This document shows, piece after piece, positions 1 through 12,222 of a stretch of DNA of 64,000 nucleotides (position 1 is its first letter; every line of letters starts with the position of its first letter). The translations under genes were made by a program, and so were the position numbers. The notes beneath the pieces are model-generated. The model was not told the DNA's origin. It saw nothing but the letters and a program-made list of their open reading frames with translations, and ran no database searches. The DNA comes from Asterionella formosa (Eukaryota): contig NKIB01012863.1 of assembly GCA_002256025.1 (NCBI GenBank), forward strand, positions 1-64,000, given 5' to 3'.

Positions 1-747
1 CATTGGTCAAAAGTGCAACCCCATTATCAAACGAGTTATTAGACAAAAACAAATACAATGGTGTAGAGGGAATTACAAATGTGGGAGCCAACGTTTGATT
101 GTCCGGAACATATGATGTTGGAACTAAAGTTGGATTATTCGGTTTGTTGTTCTGAGTAAGCACAACTGCAAGTACAACAGCTACAATGGCAACAAGACTT
201 GTGAAAGCGCAAGATACCATGATGTTGATCATGCCACGGTGACGTTGCGCCTTCGCTTCAGCCTCAGTGTCGATGGCCGTCACAGTGGCAGTCATAATAG
301 TGGCAGGCATAAAGGTTTCAATTTCATCAACAAGAGTGGCATTCACTGTCTCCTGTTGGCCTCCCTCTGTGCCAGGAATGGCAAGTGGTTGTTGACTGAT
401 TCCATGGGACTCCTCTACATTCCATTCATTGTTTGTAGCTTCAGCACTAGGACTTGCACGATCTCTCGCTCCCACCGCAACTGCTCCAGGAAGTGTTTGT
501 GGAGGTGCTGGTCCTTCGTCATGCTCCACCGCCACCTTGGAAGAATCCTGGTACGAAAATTTAGTCCCTCGCCCAGCCTTGTGGTCAACATGTTCCTTCT
601 CATCAAACACTTGTCCATGAGAAGAGTCAGAGTCCCGTGCTCGTTCTTCCTCCTTTGCTTCGTCAGCAAAAGGCAAGGTGGCATCAATACTCTTCTTTTT
701 TGCAGTTAGAGAAGGTTTTACTGCACTTACGTGATCACAAGACCACT
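1..747 (-). CDS. N-terminal part of an LRR receptor-like transmembrane protein (runs off the window edge; no start codon found, so possibly 5'-disrupted)
   Basis: A minus-strand frame missing from the ORF track reads ...PQTLPGAVAVG..., then a hydrophobic TM segment (SLVAIVAVVLAVVL), then PSTPLYLFLSNNSFDNGVALLTN. This parallels PGAFAIGG / TM / SLFGFLAQNSFDSGLSLTT in the 40651-44497 gene. An in-frame TAG lies at about 748-750 with no ATG in the ~270 nt read downstream of it. Confidence 0.7.
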
Positions 748-1116
748 ATGAACTGCTTAGACCACTATAAAGGGGTAATCTTACATTTTGTACTACAAAC
801 TTTTTCAATTTTAGCAATACGACAATATTTACTATGAACAAGTCATTTGTTTCACGCATCTACATATAGGATGTCTTAACGCCCGATCGATGTTGTGTTC
901 CAGTTAGTGAGATACCGGTAAACGACTTCGAAAATGTTGAGTGAGGCACATCGGAATAAAATAAAATTACCTCGTTTAGCTGGGCCGACATTTTATATTC
1001 ATATCCGATATTTCATAATGTTTTATACTCCAAATTAATATAGCTTCCTTTAACGCTTTTCTTCAGGTGGGTTATAATTACGGCGCGACTGGGTGCGACA
1101 TCCCAATGTAAACATG

Positions 1117-1663
1117 TGTCAGAGTGTGTCTGTTAGGCTGTTGATGTCGACAGGTGTCCGAAGACTAGGTAGTCTGAGGAATGTCTAAACGGGAATAGAC
1201 AGGATTTATATAGCAGAAGAATCTGCAGACGAGAGGCGTGAGAATGATCTTGACCGGTCATTCCAGGGCAGTACTGGAGCGCGCTAGTAGAGTAAGCGCC
1301 ATATATTTCAACATGGTAGCGCTCGTTAGTACAAGTGGTACGAGGACATACGTGAAAACCAGAGGTCGACAGTTCGAGTCCTCAGCAAGAACAGAAAGAG
1401 AAAAAAAGAGAAAAGAAAAAGAAAAACAGAGACGAAGAAAACGAGAGGGCACTATGAGAATTCCTGTAGGAAAGGATGTGTCAAGCAGACACATTATTAG
1501 GATGATGTGGTATGTCGAGCATCAACAGGGGAGGGTGTCTGAGTGTGTCTGTTAGGCTGTTGATGTCGACAGGTGTCCGAAGACTAGGTAGTCTGAGGAA
1601 TGTCTAAACAGGAATAGACAGGATTTATATAGCAGAAGAATCTGCAGACGAGAGGCGTGAGAA
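1117..1663 (+). mobile_element. TRIM-like miniature LTR retroelement (5' LTR 1117-1313, internal region 1314-1535, 3' LTR 1536-1663 truncated)
   Basis: 128-bp near-identical direct repeat (1117-1244 and 1536-1663). The first copy runs TG...CA and is followed by PBS-like TGGTAGCGCTCG. The second copy is preceded by the purine tract AACAGGGGAGGG. No convincing coding region between them. Confidence 0.75.
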
Positions 1664-2364
1664 AGGAAAAATACTTTACTTCGTGAAGAAAATATCGCCA
1701 GTATGCGCCAACGCATGTCGTGAATTGTCACAGCACCTCGACAACCCAGGCGAAACGCACTGGCAAGCATTGGAACGCCTACTCGGGTATTTGTGTCTAC
1801 ATGGGGACATTGCATGCAGAATGAAACTACGTGCGCCCAACGAGCTACGTATACAAGATGTCGTGGACAGCGCCTTCGCCTCTAATCCTGATGCACGAAA
1901 AAGTGTCAGCGGTTATTTAGGCACAATCGGAGGGTGCGCCCTAATTCACTGGATATCAAAAGGACAGGATATCGTAACGCAATCAAGCACCGAGTGTGAA
2001 TATGTTGCACTCAGTAACAGCTCAAAGGAAACTGTCTTCGCAACAAATCTACTGGGCGAAATAATCACTATCGTGATGCCTGCCTAGTCTAATGGGTGAG
2101 GACAATACCGGTGCGATTTATTTAACGAAAAATCATCAGGTCGGGGCACGTACAAAACACATCGACGTAAGATACCACTATGTACGAGAACAAGTCGAAA
2201 ACGGAACAATTAAGGTTGACTACGTCAATACGGAAAAGAATCCAGCAGATGTTCTAACTAAAAATGTCACGGACAAGATTATGAACATGCACGGATACGC
2301 GATCCAAAACGGGATGATGGATTGTTGGAACAAGGAGAGTGTTAAAGTGAGCTCATCTACGTAG
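1664..2364 (+). pseudogene. Ty1/Copia pol fragment (RT C-terminus and RNase H), frameshifted near 2085
   Basis: Motifs GKILYF...RELSQHL.NPGETHWQALERLLGYL, DSAFA...RKSVSG, SSTECEYVAL, EDNTGAI, RTKHIDVRYHYVRE and NPADVLTK are typical Copia RT/RNase H. Confidence 0.95.
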
Positions 2365-2761
2365 TTAGGACTCGGAGTCAAACGAGTCAACCGATTCGAA
2401 TGAGTCAACTTTGATGTACCAAGCTCTCATCAACCACACATTATACCTTGTTACTCCGACTATAATGAGCCAGACAATATAAGCTATTTCGGAAGACCGA
2501 TAGTTTGAAATGAATGATCATGGTTAAAAACCTATGATCAGTAAGTGTGAGATAGACATGGGTCTATCTATGATTGTATGTTCCTAGAAATGCAAACAGC
2601 ATTTGGAGAATAGTTCGTTTGTTTTGTTCAAACAGAACAACCTAAACTAGATTCGTAAACTCACAATAAGAATATAGAAACGGAAAGAGAAACGAACGTC
2701 TCTATCTATAGTCTTCTTTGTCTAACGATATAGATCTATACAAAAAGGTAATACTTTAACA
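2340..2761 (+). mobile_element. 3' LTR of the Copia element (422 bp)
   Basis: Preceded by the PPT AACAAGGAGAG. Its termini TGTTAAAGT...ACTTTAACA form a 9-bp perfect inverted repeat. Confidence 0.85.
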
Positions 2762-3804
2762 TATCCCTACCAGGTCGATGTTTGGAGTCTTTCAACGAAG
2801 ATATGATCAATGGAAACTCAGTGAAAGCTTGTTGATTTATTTCAGTAAAGCCTGTGATATGGCTAACACATGTACCGTCAGTCCAACAGATTCCTTGCTT
2901 GTTATCACACTGCTACAAAAGGTGCCTCATACATGTTTTGCAGCTGCATCATAGTATGCAGCTTGAGCTACCATTCATATTATATTACCCATTTACCAGG
3001 AGCATGGATTTTTCAACGTGATATGACATTAAATATTCCTTTGATTACAGATTTACAATTAATAAACGCGGCAGCTACCAGGACTGTACCAACCACATAC
3101 TCATAACACAATGTGGAATTGGGGTATTGCTGGACACATAGTAGCCTCACCAGAACTCAGGCACACAATACAACTGCAGCTTGGCTGTGCTCATCCTGAA
3201 TCCGGTCATCAGGCCACATCCACACTTGCTAAATGTTTGGGTGGGATTGGTTGCATGTTTAGTGACAGCGCTCTCCCCAGCCACTCACGTGATCATTTTC
3301 GTATTCTATTGCCTAGTACATTGTGATGAGTTCCCGAATATCAGTACCAGGTACCTGTAATTAGATACCGGTACCGTGTATATCTCTTTGCACATGAGGA
3401 CTCAATCTGTTCAATTCTCGACTCAGTGGTTGTCGTTCTTTGGTGTTGTGGCTGGACATTGCCACAACACGTCCGCTATAATGATTGTATGGTGCTTCTT
3501 TGATGCACACACCATATTAATTTTTAATGTATATTATGTAGATGTCAATAAAAGTACTGCTGCCCTGCCGGCGTATTTTCGGTTATCTTGTCAGTGACAA
3601 CGGAAATGATACCCACATGAAAACGTCAGTATCACTGATACCATTTTTGGAGGGGGCGAAAAACGGTATCAATTTTGTATCAATAATACAAAATTGATAC
3701 CATCAAGTTACCATTGCTGATACCGTGTTTCGATACCAACCGTCACTTTTTGGACGTAACCCGGAAATGATACAGCAAATTCGGAATGATAAGAACGACC
3801 CTTA

Positions 3805-4654
3805 GGCCGTTGCTAACCGTTGACCCAAACCAAAACCGAAAAACTTATTTTTGGATTGGTTTTGGTTTTGGTTTTGGTCGGACTGACGCAAAAACGACGA
3901 TGCCATTGGTTTTTGGGAAATCCTAAAAGTTGTCAACCACCCATCTACTGTGACGTAGGATGACAAAACCATTATTAAAAAAGTAAAATATTTCTATTTG
4001 ACTACTTTTATAAATGAAATAATATCATTCCTATTTGGGAATTAGTTAGTTTTTCCCGCAATATGAGCAATGCTGCTGTCTTGTCATCCAACTGCACACA
4101 CTTATGTATATATATATATATACATATATATTATATATATATATGTGTCGTAAATATATACTCCGAGTATATATTACCAGGTACACAACAACAACAAGAA
4201 CATGTGTGTCATGCTGGTAAAATTAGAGTGTGTGGACATGTTGATTGTTGTGAAATCAGCGATGATTTGTTGTTGTTGCTCTTGTTGTTGTTGCTCTTGT
4301 TGTTGTTTTTCTCGCCAGTGTGGTACCCTGGTACAAGAGTACCGTATAGCTAGTGTTGTATAAATAAATGATATATATGATGTTTCCTATATGTAGTGAT
4401 TCTACGACGATAATAATTGGGTTTCTTGTGACTACATTCAAAGAGTCAATATGGAATCGTCCGTTTAGGTAACTTTGAAAAAAATTCCTAAACGCAATGC
4501 GTTTGGGTAAATTACTATTTGGGATATGGGCACAGAATCCCCTAAACGTATTGCGTTTGTGTTGGGTTTTTCACTCCTGATAGCATCGTCTTTTAGGTTT
4601 GCCGAAACCAAAACACTGTTTGATTGGCATTTTGGTCCACCGTTAGCAATGGCC
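3805..4654 (-). mobile_element. Non-autonomous PIF/Harbinger MITE (deletion derivative of the 8968-14047 element, inverted)
   Basis: TIRs GGCCGTTGCTAACCG and CCGTTAGCAATGGCC with TTA on both sides. Both arms match the ends of 8968-14047 in reverse complement. Confidence 0.9.
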
Positions 4655-4657
4655 TTA

Positions 4658-5055
4658 GGTCCATAACCATCCTTGCACAAAAGTGTTTCTAAATGCACAA
4701 TGGCTTTTATGGGAATTAGTTTTTCTTCCTAGTCGCATAGTAAGGAACATGCAGTGTATTGTTACATACAATGTGTATTTCTAAATCTAATTTCAAAATG
4801 ACCTACTCAAGATTCCATAGAAATATTTTTACGACAATTAGAATGTGCATGATAGTTAGCACAAAATTTTGTCTTGAGGTATTTTTTTGCATTGCTTTGA
4901 AATGTTGTGCCATCCCCGAAATTCATATCGCTCAAGTTTTCTCATTTGTCTGTAAATTAGAAAGAAATAATTATCTAGAACATTTTATTATGCTAGGCAT
5001 CGCACACTCAAAACTGTTGCTACTTTGGTCATATTCTTAAACACTGATCAAACTG
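4658..5055 (+). mobile_element. Truncated left arm of the MULE-like MITE family (see 21450-22660)
   Basis: About 400 bp colinear with 21450-21850, starting GGTCCATAACCATCCTTGCACAAAAGTG. Confidence 0.85.
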
Positions 5056-5069
5056 TAAAATTTTTCTTC

Positions 5070-5630
5070 CCATCCAGCACTGGCTGGCAACAACGTTGTC
5101 ATGCTGGCCTTATATGATTTTTGCGACAGCAATTTCATTTTTGTTCAGAGACCCTCCTTCCACAATTACTCTGCCACCTGTCTCCTTGCTGCATATCAAC
5201 ACTTAAACCAACATCTGTTCCTAACCCTAACCCTCATCCTGGCCAATTTAATTGTCAATGATCATCAAATGCCAAGTTAAACATGTCCTGCGGTTCCTCT
5301 TCTTGCCCCACTGCCACCACACCACCAATGTCTATGGCGTACTGTGGTTGCAACACCTTCCCCGGTCGCACCCCCACCTTTGGCTATATATGACAACGCA
5401 ACTGGACCACATGGACGTTGCTGAAGCAAATGCAAGAACACTTTTCTGTTCGCACTAACACATGCTCACCATCCCTGCCTGAGAAAACGTGCCAGCTGCA
5501 CCCCTCAATGTCTTGCACTGTCCGCCAATGTTGTCATTGATCCCCCTCCTGCCCTCGATTTTTTCCATGGCACTACCACAAACCCAGACACAGGGAAAAA
5601 TGCAGGTGGTCACAAAGAACTCTTCTATTA
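5070..5630 (+). pseudogene. Degenerate Copia-like pol linker fragment
   Basis: Pro-rich decayed sequence with NPDTGK near 5581, resembling the integrase-RT linker of diatom Copia elements; many stops. Weak evidence. Confidence 0.35.
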
Positions 5631-5645
5631 AATTGTTTATTTAAA

Positions 5646-5990
5646 GGGAATGGCTTAGTGGTTAAGCAGCAGGTTGCTTTCACCTGAGGTTGTTAGGTTC
5701 GATTTCTGCAATTTTTTTGAAGCAGTTGTTGGATTCGACTCCCACACTCCTTACTGTCCCACCACACGGTCTTGCCTGGTGTACAAGAAAAAGTGGGTTG
5801 CCCCCCTACCTTCCTAGTAGTCAGTCGGCAGAGTTTCCCCTAATGCTGTGGCTATAAGATGATCACCTTTTGCGAAAGGTGGTTGGGGACTCGCCTACGC
5901 CAACAAAACTACGGAAGCACAGATCGTCGGCAGGTAGCACAATGAAATACTTGCCTTGAAAGAGGGGAGTACGAATGGGCTATAAAACAT
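5646..5990 (+). mobile_element. tRNA-headed SINE-like repeat
   Basis: Pol III A box TGGCTTAGTGG and B box GGTTCGATTTC. The 3' body (5861-5990) recurs, diverged, at 38208-38350. Confidence 0.6.
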
Positions 5991-6707
5991 ACTTTTAAAT
6001 TCTTTGTTTCAAGCCGAATGACCGCAACTTACTGGTACCAGGAGTACCAGTACTGGTACCTTGTTGGAGTTATACCACAAGTCGACTACCGGGTATGGTA
6101 CCGAACTACCGTTACCAGGTACCGGTAATTGTTACCAGTACCGGTAGCGGTATTTGATATTGAAGCACGACTGCAAATTATGTGGATGACTTCTATCATA
6201 GGAACAGCTATGGTTCAGAGAATGTTGATAGAGCCGTATGCATTAATAAAATAATTACATTCACACTGGTCGGTAGTTTCTGCCAATACTATAGGATTCT
6301 GCTTACGTAATGTGATTTACTACCAAGTAGAACCTACACGATTCTATATGGAAATTACATTTGAAGAAAAAACAAATTCACATTTCTGGGATTTAGCGAG
6401 TGTGAGTGCACACGCTTATTACATGGTTAACAATTCTGTATATGCATCGATGAATGCATGTGCCGGTACCTGGTATACCGGATACCAGGGGTAGTACCAG
6501 GTACCGGTAACAGGCAGTGAATGTATGAATGTATGTCCTAAAGTTGAAATATTTTCAAGTTAAGGATACCTAGGACATACAATATCATCCATCATAAAAT
6601 GCCATTTATTATAACAGTACCTGGTACCAAGTACCATGTGCCAGGTACCAGGTACCAGGTGCAAGGTACCAGGTACCAGGTCCCAGGTACCAGATACCAG
6701 ATACCTG

Positions 6708-6793
6708 CAAGTTGCGGTAATTTTGCTTCAACTAACATTTTGATCTGAGATAAAGATAGCTAAATTTTAGTTTCAGCAAATTAACGCAACTTG
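6708..6793. mobile_element. Tiny (~87 bp) MITE, CAAGTTGCG TIR family
   Basis: CAAGTTGCGGT...ACGCAACTTG with CTG on both sides; homologous to four other copies in the window. Confidence 0.85.
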
Positions 6794-7009
6794 CTGGTAC
6801 CCCCAGTACCAGGTACGTACATTTTTTGTAGTATGCATGATGAATACGCCAGCCAGGTCTCAACGGCCCAATACTTTCGCTTCATCCCTCCGTTGGATGC
6901 TCGATTGGCGCGCTCCTCCATTTTGTTTTTCAGTTCAAGGTAATTGTGAAATACAATATTCGGACGACCATAATTCAAAGTAACTTATCACTGTAAATAC
7001 GGCACAGCC

Positions 7010-7519
7010 ATGACGGCCACAAACGTAATCCAAAGCCTCGAGAACAACAATCGAGACAACGAACTCGAGAGTCAAGAAGTGCTGAAATCGTTATCATTCA
7101 AGCTATCAATATCATCATCGAACAATCTTAATCGCCGAGAATTTTCGTCCGCATTTGATTGCGTGACAAGCGCTTCGAATACCAGTATGAAAGGGCAATC
7201 TATGTTCTGTTTTCGAAGTCAAAAACGAAATCGTGACCTGGATGATTCAATGCTCATTTTGAAGCGAGCAACACCCATTACAGACGAGGATGACGACGAG
7301 GATGACTATTTTCCTGAATCTAAAAAGATAAGATCATGTACCGCGGATTTCGAAGGACGAGAAGACAAACCTACGGTGAACGAAATGAGATCCTGGAGTC
7401 CTAATTCTCCTCTTCTATGGGATGATTTTATCGCACCTACTGATGAAGGTTATTTACTTTTACCGGAAATTTCATCTTGCACTCCACCAATTGTTCGTGA
7501 TCAGCCTGCAAATGTATGA
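7010..7519 (+). CDS. Hypothetical protein (169 aa, acidic patch)
   Basis: Clean ATG-started ORF with coding-like composition; no family recognised. Confidence 0.6.
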   Translation: MTATNVIQSLENNNRDNELESQEVLKSLSFKLSISSSNNLNRREFSSAFDCVTSASNTSMKGQSMFCFRSQKRNRDLDDSMLILKRATPITDEDDDEDDYFPESKKIRSCTADFEGREDKPTVNEMRSWSPNSPLLWDDFIAPTDEGYLLLPEISSCTPPIVRDQPANV

Positions 7520-8413
7520 CAAGTCACAGCTGCACGATGGTGACAACTGAACTCGTTTTCGCTTAAAAGTGCACTTCTGGCAGGCACTTTCAATCCTTGT
7601 ATATTACACGCACAGGTGGTCTCTCACCGTGCTCAAGCGATCTTAATGAGCATTAGTGGTTATTGCGTCTCACCATAAAGAGTCATTGATCAACCTCAAT
7701 CACGAAATTGATCTACAATAGATCCTACTCCCACTAGAGCCTGGTCTACTTATATCTACTTAAATTCAAGCAATTCAATTCTCATTGATCTTTTTCGTCT
7801 TAACACGATGTATTCCTCATTCTTTTTTTTCCTTCGTCGCTGCAGCGCATGCTACAGCTCAGGCACGAAAATGATGTTCCAATTTACGTGCTCTGTATCG
7901 GCATGATGGGCATATTACATAGCGTACCAGGGTACCATGTACCTGATCGGTGATGTATTACTTTTCACTATTCTAGAAAAACCAGAGCAAGTTGCGATGA
8001 ATAAATATTAAGCTACTATTTAAGAACCGTCTTTGAGGGAACTCAATTATTTTAGTCCCACCAATCCCTCCACATCGAGGACAACATTTGAAACGGGCCG
8101 CATGCAGCATGTTAAAAAAATGGATGCATCTTGTAACGGTGGAATAACCTTTAGAATGCGTTCCGGTCGGCCGAACTACGACATTTCTGAAATGATTGTG
8201 GATTTTCGTTACCGGGATTCCCAAAGAAAATTCATGACCTTGTAACGGGTTCTTAACCCCGTTTTAACCACCGTGGCGGTTGAGAAATGCAAGCAACCTA
8301 CAGTACCTGGTACCTGGTACCAGGTACCACCGGCTATCTAATAAATACCCTTACGGATGTATTTCCTTCCCTGCATCAGCTGTGGCATCAGCCCTGGCAT
8401 AAGGGGGGGGGGG

Positions 8414-8423
8414 NNNNNNNNNN
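8414..8423. other. Assembly gap (10 N) flanked by G and C homopolymer runs
   Basis: Seen directly in the sequence. Confidence 0.95.
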
Positions 8424-8670
8424 CCCCGGCCAAACCCCCCCCCCCCCCCCCCGCCTTCTTGGCTGCTTACAATTCTCGCACGCCAGAAAAATGGGGAGTC
8501 ACAGTTTTGTCTCACCAAAAATACTACTATCAAGAAAAAGGGACGCTCTTGTTCACGGTATTTTCTTGATCCTGTGAATCAAAAGTACTCATTGACGTAT
8601 GTACCTACGTAAATTCCCGGTATACTCAAGCAATACCACAGCGGGAGTCGACGTGTCTATCGGTACCAGG

Positions 8671-8801
8671 CAAGTTGCGGTTATTTTGCTTAGATAAACA
8701 TTCAAATATTGGATAAAGATAGCTTAAGGTTTGGTTCAGAAAAATCACCGCAACTTAGATAGCTAAATAAAGGTTTAGTTCAGAAAAATTACTTCAACTT
8801 G
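8671..8801. mobile_element. Tiny MITE, CAAGTTGCG family, with its right half duplicated
   Basis: CAAGTTGCGGT...ACCGCAACTT, then a repeat of AGATAGCT...CAACTTG, followed by CAG. Confidence 0.8.
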
Positions 8802-9299
8802 CAGGTAGTACTTTAGACATCATCAGATACCGGTATACATGCATTACAATTACACTAGGTATACCGTACCGTCTGTATTTTCCTGTAGGCCTCTAGCATG
8901 TGTCTACTTGGTAATTTTAATACTGGCACGGTCTTCATCTGAAAATACAAGTGGAAGGACCGTGTTAGGCTGTTGCTAACGGTGGACCAAAATGCAAACC
9001 AAACAGTGTTTTGGTTTCGGTAACCCTAAAAAATGATGCTATCAGGAGTGAAAAACCCAATACAAACGCATTACATTTAGGGGATTCCATGCCCATATCC
9101 CAATAAGTTACCCAACGCATTACGTTTAGGTTTTTTTCCAAAGTTACCTAAATGTAGGATTCCATATTGACTACTTTGAATGTAGTCACTAGAACAATGT
9201 GCCTCTACCCCCAAGAGTTAGAGTGAGAGGAAAGAACAAGGTCTGTGGGGAAAGAACAAGCAAGGTCTGTGAATACATCAATGACAAAGGGCTAATTGA

Positions 9300-11620
9300 A
9301 ATGATAGCTCCTGTGATGTCAAACTGGTATATACTATACATTTCCAGACCAGCAGTTGAATCATTGTCATTTCAAAAGAAATTCCGCCACAGATTTCGAC
9401 TACCACACAACCAGTTCCTCCAATTTGTTGTTGATGCTGGAGATTCAAATTGGTTTCCTTGCTGGACTCGACCTGATGCAACAGGAAGGGCATCATCACC
9501 CCTGAACTTATGGTTTTAGGAGCATTCAGGTACCTTGGGAGAGGATGAATTTTTGATGACATTGAGGAGAATACTGGTATCAGTCAAGGGACCCACAGGC
9601 AATTCTTGCATGCCTTTATTGAAGTTGGAAGTACCATCCTTTACAAAAAATATGTTAGAACTCCAACAAATCCATTGGAAGCAGAGCATCACATATTTGA
9701 AATGACACAGGCAGGTTTCCCTGGTGGATGTCTTGGGTCCACAGATACTACACATGTGTCAATAGAGCGATACTTCAATCGGCTTCAGAACCAGCATATA
9801 TCATCAAAATTTCCTTGTACAGCCAGGACTTATAATGCTACTGTGAATCATCGCCGGAGGATCCTGTCTAGTACCACGGGGCATCCTTGTCGATGGACCA
9901 TCAACAATGCGTAAGGGCTCTTGTCGCTCGTTCGACCTATTCACTTCTGTTTGAAAAAAACTGACAAACGTTTACCTTCTCTCAAAGTTAAGCTGACAAA
10001 AATGAACTGGTAAGTTTTATTCGACAACATTGGATACCCGAAACTTACTTATTCAAGAATTTACTGACCAGTTACTATTACAGACTTATGCATCAGTTGC
10101 ATTGATTTGTGGTAAGTGAAGCAAGCAAGAGGATACAATGGAATGGCGTGTTCTTGTGTCAATGTAACATGACTAGCTAACAAATCATTCCTTCTCATTG
10201 TTACTGTAACTGCATGCATAGGAAAAAAACCGATCAAACTGAATAGCCGGCGAGTTCAGAATGACACTAACAGCAGGGAGAGAGACACAACATTAGTAAG
10301 GCATTGTTTGGCACAAGATTCAGAAAAGAGGAAGAAAAGGGTGAGACAGGAACAATATACATTGAGCCGAGTAGAGAGAGAAACATTGGGTCGCTGGCAT
10401 GTAGATTAATAGATAGCATTGCTTAATTTGATAGTTAAATTATGATCCATTTCAATCTGTTTTGAACAATGCTTGTGATTAGAATTATGATCATGTTTAC
10501 GATAGATTTACGATGAAACAATTCACATGATAGCATAGAGTTGAGCTGGTTTTAGGATACGTTGTAGTTATAAATTACATCGGGCGATCACGAGAAGTGA
10601 AAATAATATGAGAAGGTTTAGGATATTGATGGGAAATGTTGTTGATCAGTTTATATACATTGTGTGATGATAATGTTCTTATTATCATTATACTTCAAGG
10701 TCGGTAAAATATTAATAAATCATCATAGTTACAAGATACCTTGATCATATTTTTGATCCAAAAATTATCATATATACGAAAATCCTGGTGTGCCACTTAG
10801 CGTACGATACCCTTGATCCTATATGCATGATACTTTTTATTTGCAGACGATGATAATACATTAATCAACTTTGATACTTTTGCTCGAGGCATCCAGAATG
10901 GTGCAGATGCCTTAAAAGATGTGGAGTTTGGGCTTAAAGAAAAAGATCGGAATGGAGCAGTTGTATCCATAAAGTTTAGTGGATGCTTTTTGATAGTTGA
11001 CAATGGATATCTAAAATGGTCTACAACAGTGCCTCCAACCAAAAACCCAGAAACTTAACAAGAACTTAGATGGTCTGAATGGCTGGAGTCACTTAGAAAA
11101 CATGTGGAATGTACCTTTGGAATACTCAAGGGGCGCCGAATACTACGTGGAGTAACAGAACCTGACAAGGTCTGGCTAACATGTTGCGCATTTCATAACA
11201 TGTTACTTGATATTGATGGCTTAGACCTGCAATGGCAAAATGGTGTCTTAAGTGACTGGGAAGGACCGTTAGGCCAATTAAATGGAGCTGAAGCACCTTT
11301 TGCTATTCAAAGGCTAAATGCAGTTGCAAGACCGGCGGTACTTGGATTAGCAAATTGGCGAACAATTGATACCTCTGGAATGGGTCCTGGTAATGATGGT
11401 GACGGACAAATTCCTGATGCAATTCGCAATTTAGTGCCGGATCCAAATGACAACTTCAATATTGAAGTGCTAGCAAAGAATGCTGATACAGTTCGAGTGG
11501 TGCGGCATTTAAGTTTACAGTTCCTCAAGAGTAAACTCATTGAACATTTTGATATTTCATGGAACAAATAAAACAAGATTGTTTGGCCACGTCGTAATGT
11601 AAATGATCATCCCTAAACTA
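9300..11620 (+). pseudogene. Harbinger-type DDE transposase (Plant_tran/HARBI1-like), frameshifted and interrupted at 9898-10849
   Basis: Motifs FRHRFRLP, AGFPG.CLGSTDTTHV, TYNATVNHRRRIL, GHPCRW|NDNTLINFD, IVDNGYLKW, WSEWLESLRKHVECTFGILKGR and CCAFHNMLL. Confidence 0.9.
9898..10849. other. 952-bp insertion of unknown origin splitting the transposase
   Basis: Removing it restores CGA TGG AAT GAT AAT ACA TTA (R-W-N-D-N-T-L). No clear TIR or TSD. Confidence 0.75.
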
Positions 11621-11712
11621 TAAAATTATCTATTTAGAAACTAAAAGAAAAGTAGTATGAGCATAACCTAAATTAGATTACTGGGCACCAACATCTGTGA
11701 ATAAAATTTCCG

Positions 11713-12041
11713 CATTCCCGTCATCCCCTTGTTTCAATACCCGGTCGGAACATGACGTGGCTACTGTGAAACTATACCTATTACTATGTTAGTACTGTGA
11801 AACTGTAGGTATGCCCTACCAGCATTCTTGTCTTCCCCTTGTTTCAATACCTGGTCGGAACATGACGTGGCTACTGTGAAACTATACCTATTACTACGTT
11901 AGTACTGTGAAACTGTAGGTTTGCCCTACCAGCATTCCTTTCTTCCCCTTGTTTCAATACCCGGTTGGAAGATGACGCAGGTACTAAGAAACTATACCTA
12001 TTACTACGCTGGTACTATGAAACTGTAGCTTTGCGCTACCA
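11713..12041. repeat. Tandem repeat, 110-bp unit x3, inside the Harbinger element
   Basis: CCCCTTGTTTCAATACC.GGT.GGAA recurs at 11725, 11835 and 11945. Confidence 0.9.
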
Positions 12042-12222
12042 ATCTAATGTATTTTACTGAGTATGTTGGTGCTGCATCGCTTCCAATCCAGCAATCGCCC
12101 ACTGTTTAATCCTTTGTCGTTGACAGACCATTATCCCTTTCTGCTTCCTTATGTTACAGACACGTTTCTCTTGACATTCGCACGCTATCGATAGTCCAAT
12201 ATATCACATGTTATCTGGGCAG

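Noticed and set aside
2762..3340. Possible decayed retroelement coding sequence
   Set aside because: No motif I could identify with confidence.
5219..5235. Telomere-like CCCTAA repeat
   Set aside because: Only about two units; likely chance.
5646..5710. Functional tRNA gene
   Set aside because: Stems pair poorly and the sequence is attached to a dispersed repeat; treated as a SINE-like head.
11713..12041. Possible CRISPR array
   Set aside because: Whole 110-bp units repeat with no unique spacers, there are no cas genes, and the context is eukaryotic.
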